Source: Oikopleura dioica (taxonomy: Eukaryota; Animalia; Chordata). From it: DNA of 64,000 bases. A model generated the notes under the pieces. That model was not told the origin of the DNA, made no database searches, and saw only the letters and a list, made by a program, of their open reading frames with translations. Of this stretch, positions 25,111 through 37,492 are shown piece by piece; position 1 is the stretch's first letter; every line of letters begins with the position of its first letter. Position numbers and translations under genes: made by a program. Location of the stretch: NCBI GenBank assembly GCA_907165135.1, contig OU015567.1:15314001-15378000 (forward strand), written 5' to 3'.

Positions 25111-28100
25111 AAGCTTCGACAGCTGAAAAAGTAACTATGATTTATGGCATCCCTACGCATGGACGAACAAATAGCGCGAATTAATTGTCCCACTAATGAT
25201 TTCATTAATGACAAACAATAATTTCATCAGCAAGTTCGCGTTAGAATGAACGACTACAGTTAATAAGAAGCTGCTACTAAATTGATGGTCTCGGAGTCAG
25301 GGCGGCTCGGAGTAACGGAAACATAATTCACACCATGCACAGTATTTCTTCCGGCTTCGGAAGCGGTAAACATATATCAGTCCGTTTTTTATTATAAAAG
25401 TTCAATTTCATTCGAGTTTTTACGTATTTGTCTTACAAACATTCTTTTTCGAATATTCTCGGAGAAATTCAAACTAGAACTGGGCTCGATTTTTTTCTTG
25501 CATTTTGGGATTTCCCTGTTTATTTCTAAATCAGCAGAATTGAAAATTCAAGAACAGAGGCGCTACCGTCGATAATCGGCGTTTAAATTAGCGTCAATGT
25601 TTGCTTTGTGCGAACTTTTTGAAAGTCAAATTATCGATGATTATGTATTTTATGTTGCGCGAATGAAAAGGATATTGTTCCGGCGGAACCGCGGCTCGTC
25701 TTTAGACACATTGGACCTTATTAAATCTCAAGTTCAAACATAAAACTTCTTTTACGAGCACAAACATTTGCATAATTCGTAAAAAGAAAGAATTTCAGAA
25801 GCCGGAGAAGGCCGGTACATAATATCTACAGTAGCGCTGCTAACTTATTTTAACCGCGAAATTTAAAAGCAGCTGAAAATTTTGGCGCGACTTCAAGAAT
25901 TTGCCTAACTAATTCGGTGCTCCACCCATTTGTCAGAGTTTTTTCGTGAGAGTGATCATTTCTAGCCTTTAATTTTCGCTAGTAAATTACTATCGGTTAT
26001 CTCTTGAGCTCTGATGAATCGATGCTCCTTTCCCTGCGCTAGAATTCTACAGTAGATGCTCAATCTGGATCATCAACAATTTGGTAAAGCTTCGAGCAGT
26101 CAATTCAGAATTTTAATCGTATGAAAATGATTCGATAATTTTTCTGGATCCCGCACAATAAAAACTATAATCACTCGGTAATCTCATTCGAAACTAAAAT
26201 CTCAGACTTTCCGCTGGCTTACCGTCAGAAAGAGAAAACTGTCTAACATTGAACATAAATTTGACACTTCCTTTGATCCATTCATAGCGAGTTAATCCTC
26301 CTCAATTACTACTACTGTGCTAAGGAAGTCAAACAAAAAGTTCGAGGGCAAAAACGTGTGGGCTTCAACTGTATCTGACAGTAGAGATGTCAATTCGAAC
26401 TGTTTATTTTTAACCTTTGGGAACTCGTTAATTCAATTAAAAAAAAACTTGGCCGGGTGGTGTGTAAAGAAGCTATTTAGGGAATACTGTTGTTTCAAGA
26501 AGTTTATCCCTGTACACTCTAATTGTGGCGAACAAAAAAGTCTGAAGAGGAGTGCTTCCCATCAGAATGGATTCTGCTTCGGTGACATATTTATGGCAGG
26601 CGGAAATTGAAATGCTCTTGAAGCCGAATTCGCTACTATTTGACGCTACTGTAAATATATCGAACTATTGAAGCCGGTGCAGGATATTCTTCTAAAGAAA
26701 GTTGTGGTGGAGGAATCGTAAAATGGCAATTTGGGAAGGTCAAACTCACCCGGAAAACATGGGCCCCACCGGGAAAAGCAAATTTATTCTGGCTTTGCAC
26801 AGGTTCTCAAATCATCATACCCACTGTCAGCTGCATATTATATGTCAAGTGGGTGACATGCCCTTACCAAAGTGACTCTTAATGTCATGTTCATGGATTA
26901 ATTATCGCGGCCAGGGCTAGAAATCCCCGTCTGATTTGACACGCCGGTTATCTTGAAGGAGACCTATCCAAAAAGTCCTCATTCATCGGGAGTTTGGGGT
27001 ACTGCCCTCAAGGCAGAACGAATTTTCCCTCGAGTCTGTTGCATAAAAATGACCAAAAAAGGGTTAGGGTAATTCCAACCAAAAAGCCAAAGAAACGATA
27101 CCATTAGAAGAGACTATTATTTTGATTGTGACCTTGAGCTGTCAAGAACTTGCGCTACTGTTTGAGTACAATGTACACACAATTTCATGCAACTTTCGAA
27201 ATTAAGTACTTACAGTGGATTAACGAAGAAATCAGCCAGAGGAGAAGTTTTCGTACCATACTTATCTCTACTTTGCCTATGTCATGCCTACTCTGTGGAC
27301 CGGTGAAAAGAGGACAGTTCTATTCTTGTGGCACTAGAATTCGAGCTCAGAACAGAGCTAGAAGCCGCTCAAGCTATTGAGCTGAGTGCGGCGCGCGTAG
27401 AGAGCGCTCGCGCGTCGTAATAGGTGGCGCCGCCTTGGAAACGGGTTAAGATTTTTTCATGCCACCCAGGTTGGACTTGGCTTTCTTTACTTCAATGGGA
27501 AAGTACTGGTCGGTGCTACTGTCTTCATAATTTCGGCATTATCGAGCAGCTTTTTTAATGATAACTATCCATTTTTTTTCAATAAAATGAAGAAACAATG
27601 AGGTTTAATTGCAATTTCATCAGTAGTATTGAGCAATATTCTTCAGTAAAAAACGATACGCAGGCGATCAAAACATTACTTCTCAGAGTTATTTATTGAA
27701 TATTATCATCGCAATAAACGTAAGGGATTAATAACTACCGGTTCACTTTCTCCCAGCGAAAATTTCGATTATCTCAAGTTTCTGATCTGATAATTCCCCA
27801 CTTGGATCCTTCTGAAATTCTCAAATTTCCATCCATTCTCCCGGCGAAAATTTATGAATAAATTTCAACAAATATTTTCAAAGACGAATGTTAAGTTTTT
27901 TCTTTGTCTATCAAAGTGACCGTTAAGTGCGGTTAAGACATCCTAAGTGCCCGACTCCTTCAAAATTATAATTCTAAATTGTTGTTTGAAAATTGAAAAA
28001 TTTCCATTTTCAGAATACCGTTCATCAGAAGCAGTAGAAAGCAAGATTCAAAGGAACGCGTTGACACGGAAATTTATGCAAGTTTTGAACCCAATTCAGG

Positions 28101-28974
28101 AGGTCGATGGGGATTTACTCTTTTTACAAGAAGAGTTACAGAGCTTTTTTTCAAAAGGGAAGGGGAGTCGACTTTGACCTTTTCAGGCCATAAACTTCAA
28201 AGGCCAAAACTGAAAGAGCTTCCTGTGGATGCGATAATCAGTTCTGGACAGCGGAGAGACCAGATATCAAAATATCATTTCGTACAGTAAAATCGACAAA
28301 GGAACAATGGATGGCTTCGGATTCAAGTACAAGTTAGCAACCAGAAATGACCATAAACTACCTTGTTTGCGACCACCGGCGGCCTCGCGCTACTCTCACT
28401 TTTATACGCTGCTAAACCGCAGAATACAACGGCAAGTCCTTATGACAATTAATGAACCGGGCGCAATAATCCCTATAGCTTGAGAATTATGCAATGGTAT
28501 CATTATGTAATTGAAGCATTTGTGCTCAATACAAAGTTTTAATAAATTAAATTTAAGAAATAATACAGCTTGAAGTTGGAACGCAACTTGAATACGCAGA
28601 AACTTTCTGATTTGGTGTGAAACAAAATCGCTACTAGAAGAGGCCAGGTTCAAGTGAGTCGGTGTAAACTTAACTCAGCAGGCACACATCTGCTTTGTCC
28701 GCCGGTTCTGAGCCCCTTTGCGCGCCTAGAATTACTGCTACGATAAGTGGTGGGTTAGCCCATCGAGAGTGGGAGCTCTTTGCGTCCTGCGGTGACTAAT
28801 GCTTCTACAAATAATGCTCGTTCAAGTGCTGATCTTGCTTCGATACAAATCACAAAAAAAGACACGAACACCAGGTGCCAGAACAGCGTATATTTTTAAA
28901 TAAAAGTCTGAGAGCCTTGAAATTAGACTATTATATTAAAAGAGGAATGTTCCTCTTAGGGAGAAAACATCCGA

Positions 28975-29212
28975 TTTGATAGTCAGAATGTTTAAATTTG
29001 GATTTTGGCGACTTTCCAAAGCCAATTCAGATAAACTATCAAATACTCAAGAATTACGGAATAAAAGACGCACTGGGAAAACTCTCTGGGCCCTCGTAAA
29101 CGCATGTTCCGTAGCCGTTATTTTAATCTATCCCACTGACCATAATGAGGACCATCTGTTTACGAGAGCGTTCTCAGACTTTCAATTTCCATATTGACGC
29201 TGACCCGCCCCG
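28975..29212 (-). ncRNA. Candidate structured ncRNA with RNase P/MRP-like motifs
   Basis: TGAAAGTCTGAG (29184-29173, CR-I-like); 12-bp helix 29158-29169 with 29090-29101 enclosing CGGAACA (CR-III-like); ATTCTGACTA (28989-28980, CR-V-like). P3 and P7-P9 equivalents are missing or very short. Confidence 0.25.
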
Positions 29213-29259
29213 AATTTTTACAGAAGTAAGAATTTTCTTTATTTTGAAGAAAACCACAT

Positions 29260-30421
29260 TTACTCCTTATCCTTGATAGTTCGGGTACCTCGGACGAGAC
29301 CAGTTCGTCGGGCGGCGATGAGACCGACCTTCTTACCGGGAGAGGCCCGTCGGGTGATGGTAGATGGGTTACCAATATGCTAAAAGAAACGATAAGAGGC
29401 GAGAAGGATGAGTTCTTGTCTTACCTGATGGTTACCACCACCGAAGGGATGCTCGACGGGGTTCATAGCAACACCACGAACCTTAGGCCAGCAGTTACGC
29501 TTGACCTTGTACTTGTGGTAGGCTCGGCCAGCCTTGAGGAGAGGCTTGTCGATACGTCCACCACCGGCGACGACACCGACGGTAGCTCGGCATCGGGAGT
29601 CGAGGACCTTCTTGGAGCCAGATGGAAGCTTGATTCGGGTCTTGCCAGTGTCGGTGTTGTGGGAGATGATGACACAGGAGTTTCCGGAGCCCTTGGCGAG
29701 GACACCTCGGTCGCCGATCTTGGCTTCGACACCGCAGCATGCAGTACCTTCGGGCATGTTGCCGATGGGCATGACGTTGCCGATGTAGAGCTGAGCCTTC
29801 TTTCCGGCGTAGATGAACTGGCCGGTGGAGGTACCTTCGGCAGCAACGAAGAGCTCGTTGTCCTTACTAAAAGCGAGGATCAGATTTGGTTTATTTCCGC
29901 AGGTAAGCATGAGAAACGACACAAATACCAGAGGTATCGGGGTACATAAGTCAAACCTCATCTTTATGAGTGGACTTCCGGGTGATCTAACATTTTACGA
30001 CTGCGGGCGCCTTCTTGGGGAGGCAATAAATTACTGTCAAATAAATATGCTTCGCTCAAAAGTGTTCTGACAGAACTAAAAGCCCAAATAATGATCGAAA
30101 AAACTCAAAGAGCTTCAGACGAAGTTTAAGTATATAGCTACGGACTCGTTAAATTCGCAAAAGTAATTTTGCTAGTCGGGGTTAAGTCTGACTTCGATGT
30201 GTTACGACTTACCCGTATTTGTAAGGATCCTGGAACTGGACTCGGGCAAGGGGAGCACCTCGGCCAGGGTCGTGGATGATGTCCTTAACGACACCCTTGA
30301 TGTAACCGTGTCGCTCGGCGAAATCGAGGGATCGGTACTTGGCGGCGCCCTTTCGGGTTCGCGTACGGGCCTTGAAGATGCCTCCGGCACCCTTACGACA
30401 GGTTCGGATGATACGTCCCAT
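29260..30421 (-). CDS. RPL8: 60S ribosomal protein L8 (uL2)
   Basis: [17 protein letters not shown]; [13 protein letters not shown]; [17 protein letters not shown]; [22 protein letters not shown]|HIG; three exons. Confidence 0.98.
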
Positions 30422-30511
30422 TTCGGCTAACTCTGAAAGGAAAAAAATGCAATTTTAAAGCATACATTTTTAAGTAAGTTTCTCAAGTTTTCACGAAAAA
30501 CAGGAAGAAAT

Positions 30512-31283
30512 TTACTCGAAGCCACCCTGCTGAGCAGCCATCATCTTCTGCTTCTTGAGCTTCTTCTGGGAGACCTTCTTGGATCCAGATTCGGTAGCTC
30601 GGGGAACAGCCAAATCCTTCTCGGAGAGAATGATCTCGACGTGGCATGGGGAAGCCATGTAGGGGTTGATTCGACCGTGAGCTCGGTAGGTTCGTCGTCG
30701 CTGCTTGGCGGCGGCGTTGACCTACAAGAGGGTTACAACATCATGGTTTAGTTTCGCTTAATCCCAAAAGGAGTCTACTGTTGTTCTATTTTTAAAAAGT
30801 AGAAAGCTTTCCAGAGTTCTCGTTTTCATCTAAAAGCGCTTGATTTATACCTGGATGTGATCGATCACGAGGGCATCAACATCGAGACCCTTGACCTCAG
30901 CGTTGGATTCGGCGTTCTTGAGGAGGGAGAGGATGTGCTGGCAGGACTTCTTTGGCCATCGACCCTTGGAGGTGGTGGACTTGAACTCTTTGGTCTGACC
31001 AGTTCGGCCCATGGAGCCATCGAATCGGGTGAATGGGATGCATCGGTTACCCTCGATGACGGCCTTGAGGTAGGGAACGGCCTTGTTCAAGTGCATACCC
31101 TACAGTTTTGGTTTATTTTCAAATTCATTGTTTGGGATCACATAAATTGTGATGAAGGTACTAGTTTTAAACCTTGATAGCGTTAGCTGTTTCTCGGGTG
31201 TTCTTGAAGTGGACACGAATGTCAGAACCGCTGGTCTTGCAGCTTCGAGCCGCATTCTCGGCTTCCGCAGAGTAGCGGGTCAT
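30512..31283 (-). CDS. RPL17: 60S ribosomal protein L17 (uL22)
   Basis: [33 protein letters not shown]; GRWPKKSC; [22 protein letters not shown]; three exons. Confidence 0.98.
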
Positions 31284-31466
31284 TTTTCAAATCCGGTTTC
31301 TGAAAAAGAAAAACCGTGAAGAAGACTCGCCTTTTTGAAGCGTCGCTTGAAAATATTTTGAACCGAAGTGGTAAATAAGTGGCAGTGGAAATATTTAAAT
31401 GGGTGGGTGAAATTTGTATCTATGATTCTTGTGGCGAGGAAGGAGGGCGACATGTTTCATGTGCAG

Positions 31467-34400
31467 TTATTGAAGCCATCTTTCCAGCTTGTATTGAACT
31501 TGCTTCAGATTGTTCATCGCCAGAGTGGTGTCGGCGTTCGTCATGCCGCCAAGTGTCACATTGGCGGAGGCAATGATCTAAATTGAGGATTCGTATTTTT
31601 GAAAGCTTTTTAAGTCATTTCTGACAATTAATTAGACGTAGACAACTAGACAAATGGCTTCATAGATTGGAAAAAGAACACTTATAAATCTTAGCTTTGA
31701 ACAGTTCGAGTTTTCAAAATTAGCGCGCGAAATCCAATCAATCATTCCAAGGTTCAAAATACCAAAAAGGAAATCTTGATTAATAAGCTACCGTTCAATA
31801 ATCATTTCTGGTCAAATTTGATTTGTACAGTATTTTCGCCGTGTTAGATAAATATTCTCAAGCCGACCGAAAATGCCTCAAGTGAGAAACAACTTTTTAC
31901 GTCAAACAATTGATACTTATCCCCTTGACCTTCATTATTCCAACTTATTACCGGCATCATCGACCCGGCGAAGGGTGAATCAGCCGTTTTAGTTGACTTC
32001 AACCGCCGTTTAAATAAACTGACGAACTTTGAGAATATATCCAGCCTTGCAGCGTAATCGCCGCAAATGCCACTTTTTGCAGGTCGATGGGTTACTCAGC
32101 TGAACGGTCTTGACGTGCCTGGTGACAAAAATGAAATTCGGCAGACTAGACGCGTTCCCCATACGACCTATTCATAAGTGACACCTCTTTCGAGGACCCG
32201 AAGCATTCTCTTTCGAACTCATTGAAAAAGACAAGGATCAACAATCAACTGTTTGACAACATAAATTTCAAGGCAAGAAGCTATCGGATTAAGAATCTTT
32301 CTATTTTTAGCCATTTCCGTAAATATATCCGTGGCATTTTGAAACACAAGCAATACCTGAAGACACTTGTCGACGAACAGACGTCGTTCGTTGGGGACGA
32401 CGACTTGTGGCTTCTCAAGGAACGTTTCGAAGATAACCTTCAAAACGTCGATGAGGTGAAGTGGCTGGCCATTTTGAGCCCAGAAATCATCGTTGTCTTG
32501 AATGATTTCGAAGTACGTTTCCAAAATGCTGAGCATGGAAACGCCGACTTCCTTGAAGACCTGGACGACCCAGCCTTTGTTGGGCCACTGCATGAAGCAA
32601 GAGACTTTTTCAAGGAAGTTGATGATGAATAGCTTCGGCAGAAATCGTCCGCTTGCCGAGTATCGCTGGCCAACAGATAGTATTTTGGCTCGCATGGCCG
32701 ATACTTGAGCATCGGGTGAGAGATCTTTCGATTGCTCGACCTTCGAATGTATTTAGAAACTAAGTTGAGTTGGATTTGATTACCTCTTTCTCGATGATTT
32801 CCTGCCAGAAACCATCAACAGTTGCCTCATCATACTGCCCAGCGGAGTGAACGATGGCCAACTTGACTTCTGGCAAATCAAGCGGATCAGCATAATCCTG
32901 AAAATGAGATAGTTCAAGATTTACAGCGCGCAAATATTTACCTGATAGAGCTTGTTGAGGTCAAACAGTCGATCATCGAGCAAGTTATCGCGAGTTTGGA
33001 CTTGGATAAGATGCTGAATGCCGGCTACTTCAGCAGCTTCTTGCGCGTCTCGTCGAAGCTGTTCATCGGCGGCAGTGGGGGCCATTATCGCGCCGGCGTC
33101 GATCACCGCTCTCGACAAATATTCTAATCTGGTGGAGAGCTTCAGACCGGGTGCATTCTGCGCCAAGTCCATCAGCGTTCGCGCGGCGGCTCCATGCTGC
33201 TGGATCTTTAAACGAGTTGAATTATGATCTCAAGAGTTCTATCAAACCTGTTCGTAATATTTCCAGAGCATATCCGCCGCGAGAATATTGTCGGGAGAAG
33301 CCTTGACAGTCTGCAACAAGTAGCTTTCCAAGAATCCGCTCTTAACCGAGAGAAGCCTGTCGGCCAACTCCGATTGCATCATCCAGTCAAATACCGCGAT
33401 GTGGAAAAGTTCATCCTGTTAAAAATGTCACTTTCTGTCGAAATAAGACAAGTAAATTACTGACCTCGGAATTGATGATCTGAATAAGCATTTCGTCGGC
33501 GGCGCGGGCAGCCTCTTCTGCAGAGTTTTCGTTTTTATTTTCTTTACGACTCTGTGGCTTCTTGCCGGGACTGATAGGCAACGCCGGCGTTGATGTGGTG
33601 TGCTTGGCAGCTTCGACGAGTTCTTTGATGACGGAGAGGCAGGATTCGTAGCAATCACGGCGAACTGAGTAGGCTCGTTTGCCTTCCAAGTCGTCAGCTG
33701 GGCACTCTTGTTTGAAGTGGTGAAGGGCCATTCCAGATGGATCGCGTTTGTCGGCGGCGGCAATGCAGAGGGTGACGATGCCTTCCCAGTATTGAGCCAT
33801 TTTCAATTGAGGAACAACAGCGCCAAGGTTGCAGGTATGTGCAATCGTCAAGTAGAGACCTAGAGCTTCCTCGCATCGCTCCTTTGCTTCCTGGTCCGTC
33901 GCATTTCTTGTGAGGGCGAGGATCTCAGTTGCTCGGCTGCAGATGGCGTCGTCGGCCGAGAAGAGAGTTGGGCAAATGTCTCGAAGGGATCTCGAGACGA
34001 AGTCGATGGAGGCGTTATCACCGATGTAGCAGGACAGAAGGGCAGTGATGAGGTTCTGGCACAGAACTCGGCCGACTTCCGTGGTGACCAAGTCCTTGAA
34101 CAGGACGGAGTCGAGCAGTTCTAATTTTGGTTTTTCTTTGTTGTTGATTATTGAGATAAATTACCTTTATCGTTGGTCGAGAGCTCCTTGGAGACGACAT
34201 GGAGCTGATTTTCAGTCAACAAGTGCCAGAGAGAGGCGACTTCCAGCGATCTACAGACAAGTGCATAGACCGAAGAAAACTGGGCGTTTTCGTAAGACTG
34301 AAGATCAGTCGCATTGGCGACGGATGATGGAACCGTACCGATGTTGTTGGCGTCCATCCATGATTTGAGCTTTTTGAGGGCAGTGAGAACGCGTGCTAGA

Positions 34401-36649
34401 GAAATCGGGCTCAGGCGAGTTGTGTGAGGCAACTGCTTGATAACTGGGTCAGCTGAAGATGAAAGTTAGAGTTTGTGGTAAGAAAAGAGTGGCTTACGTT
34501 TGTTGGTGATGGTATTTAACCAGACTGGGCGCAGGACTCTCGACAAGTACTTGACAAGACCTCTGAATTTGGCGGAGTTAACGACGACCATGTCGCCACC
34601 AGGTCCAGGTGCGAGCGTGGTGGAGTTCAAGTTCGGCTGGTTTGGCGTTGGCAGACCAGGTGCACGCTGGCCGAAGGGTGTCGACTGTACAAAACCATTG
34701 CCCTGGTTGTGATTTCCTCGAATAGGCGAGAAAAATGAAGAGACATTCGGCGACGCTGCTCGGTTAGCCATTGGCGAGAGTGGAGCTCCAGAAAGAGAAC
34801 CATTCGTGTTGGAATTGGTGGCTCCACTTCTGGTTGGGCCGCCACCGTAACGGAAAAAGGCACCGGTTGCCCAGCTGGAAGTGACGTGGTCGATGGCCCC
34901 GTCGCAAGCGAGTTGAATGGCACAAGCGGTCGCCTCGGCAGACTGATCACGAGTGATCATGAATCGTTCCAGCTCGGCGGATTCCATACCACCGCTTCGT
35001 TTGAGAATGTTCAAGAGTTGATGCGCGCTGGGAAGACTTTCGTACAAGGAAGTTCCCTGTTTTGTCATGACGACGAATTCTGAAGAAGGCTGGTAGACGG
35101 AGCAGACGTCTCTGTGGGGAGCAAGCCCAAGGGTGCCATTTTCTGGCGGGACAAGAGGATCGTCGATATCAGAGATCGAAGCGCAAGTCCAGACGCGACA
35201 GTCAAGTCGGTTGACGCCGTATTCTTCCGGCATGTTGGCGCTGCCGTTACTGATTCCGACGAGCGACCACATCTGGTCTGCTTCGAGGCCGCTCTCTTCT
35301 GAGCAAAGGAGGGACACTTCCCCTGTCAGAAGGGCGGAATGCACTTTCCTTGGCTTGAGCTCTGCTGTCGAGGAAGTGAAGCCAGGTGGTAGGCGAACAT
35401 GGACGAGGAGTAGGTGATGAGGCCGTTCCCTAGAGCCAGTGCTGAAATAGTATCGAAGACCAGCTTGTGTGACGGCGACAAAGTGAATGGCCTGTGATGA
35501 GCCAGCGTCGATAGTAGCAACGGCGACGATAGGAGAGAAGAAGGACTTGTCGCACTGCGGGGCAGCACGTGATGCGGCGTGGACGATGGAGGAGCTGGAA
35601 AGTGAGGCGACTTTGCTGATGCCAGTTCCAGTTTTGCCGAGATCGTAAAGCGAAATCGAGCCTTTTTCAGACAGCGTCCAAATTGTCTTTCGTTTACGAT
35701 CGACCAGTAGGTGGGAAAGCGGATCATCATCAAACAAGACGTTCTGGACGACTGATGGGATCAGGTATCCGATCGAGGAAGACGAGTGATTGATCCGCCG
35801 ACACTTGCGTCCAAACCAGCCCGATTCGTTAGTGTAGGCCACCTCGTGCAAACAACCGTCCTTTCCGGCGAGAAAGATGCGCCCGTCATCAGTGCCTGTG
35901 ATCGACTGGAATCTGATGTTGTCGGTGGACACTGTGTAGAGAGGATCGGGAATGATGTTGAGCTCTTCGTCGGTGTTGTCGTTGTTGAAACAGACTCCGA
36001 GGAGGATGATTTCCATGGCAGTGGCGACGACGAGGATGTGTTTGACGTCGCGGAAGATCTGTTTCACCGGCTTTACAAGCGCACATGTGATAATCGCTTC
36101 TATAAATTGGAGATATTTCCATGAATATTATCGATTGATTTTACCTGAAAGGCCGTCATAATAAGCTAAATCTTCGCCAGACTCATATTTCCAGATAAAT
36201 ATATCTGCATCAATCGTCAGCCAGGCTCTTTGAATTTCTGTAAAAATACCCAATTTCCAATCTGTCTGCATGTGACCAAACTGCTCTATCAGCTCCGCGG
36301 GGAGGGGAACGCGTTTTTTCTGGGCAAGGAGAGGCACCGAATCTGACGCAGGAATTGATGGATAGTCGGATTCTTGGATTCCAGAGACAGAAGCTGTGTG
36401 GGCATAACCGCCTGAATAAGAATTCCGTTAGATTTTATCGATTTAGGAGCAAGAAATTTCATTTTTACGGGATTTTTAACGAATTCAGGGGCTTTTCGAG
36501 CAAATTTAAAAGGACAAAGTTTCCCTAGATCACTTACCGTCAGGATTGACCCCTAGAAGATTGGCAAAATCTGCCCTAGGAGCATCGGCGTATTTCTGTA
36601 GTTGATTGACGGCATCGTCGAACTGGTTGCGGTCAGTCGTGCCGCTCAT
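31467..36649 (-). CDS. NUP155: Nucleoporin Nup155
   Basis: [15 protein letters not shown]...[23 protein letters not shown]; [14 protein letters not shown]; [17 protein letters not shown]; [11 protein letters not shown]; last exon [12 protein letters not shown]...[13 protein letters not shown]. Confidence 0.96.
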
Positions 36650-36954
36650 CCAGCTTCTCACGGAATCTCTCTGTCTTCTGAATCACCCAAGTTTTAAAAA
36701 TTGAACAAGAACAAGCTATTTTCAGCTTGGAAATTGAAAGAAATTTCGTGCGCCAGGAACATCAGCGCGGGCGCTTATTCGTTGGAGCCGAGTGTAGGCG
36801 TCAGCGCCTTACTAACACACGTGCGCTTATTTTTTCCTCAGAGCGCAGCGCAAAGTGCGCTAAATCTCAGCAATTTACGAAAATTTAAATTACAACCATC
36901 ATTTTTCAAATTGATTAATTGTAAATAATAAACGCGCATTTCTCGCTCTCTATC

Positions 36955-37147
36955 TATAAACAAATTAATCGTATAGTAATTATGATATTATTATCAATTG
37001 GCAAATGGTCTTGCCCACCTGTGTAGAAAACCTGAGTCAGGGTCTGAGAGCGAAAAAGCTACCCTGACTCAGGTTTTCTACACAGGTTTCCAAGTCCATT
37101 TATCGATTGATAATAAAATCTATTACTATCCAATTAATTTGTTTATA
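36955..37147. repeat. ~190-bp palindrome (MITE-like) between SIRT7 and NUP155
   Basis: Perfect 26-bp core stem CCTGTGTAGAAAACCTGAGTCAGGGT / ACCCTGACTCAGGTTTTCTACACAGG; imperfect pairing extends out to TATAAACAAATTAAT / ATTAATTTGTTTATA. Confidence 0.8.
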
Positions 37148-37492
37148 ATGAAATATTTCTAATAAATAATAATATTATTTTTTCGAACTACGTTTATTGT
37201 TTGATTCGAGCTTGTAATTTGTATGAAGCTAAGGAAAAGATATCGAACATGAATATGAATAAAAACTTGGATATTTTGTTGAAATCAGGAACGGATAACA
37301 AAAAGAAAACGGGAAGGGTTGAATAGAAGTTACTTCTGAAAAGTTAAAAAAAGGGAAATATAGTTGAACGAAGATGGGATTAGAAAAAGATGGGCAACGA
37401 ACATAAAAAAGGAGTGTTAGAACAACGAGGGAACAGGCGAGTTTCAGGATATAAGAATATTTAAGACCGACACCTTGGTCGGTTAGTTTGAG

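Noticed and set aside
28012-28080. Syntaxin-like exon SKIQRNALTRKFMQ
   Set aside because: Only a short motif resemblance; no flanking exons giving a SNARE or TM domain could be assembled.
28660-28800. GC-richer segment with small hairpins and CTAACCC (telomerase template idea)
   Set aside because: Only 7 nt of template-like sequence; no pseudoknot or H/ACA features recognised.
29377-29949. 190-aa plus-strand ORF, and similar antisense ORFs over RPL17, NUP155 and ADAMTS
   Set aside because: Shadow ORFs antisense to strongly codon-biased real genes.
31840-32190. Nested plus-strand gene in the long last intron of NUP155
   Set aside because: Short open segments exist but could not be joined into a coherent spliced ORF.
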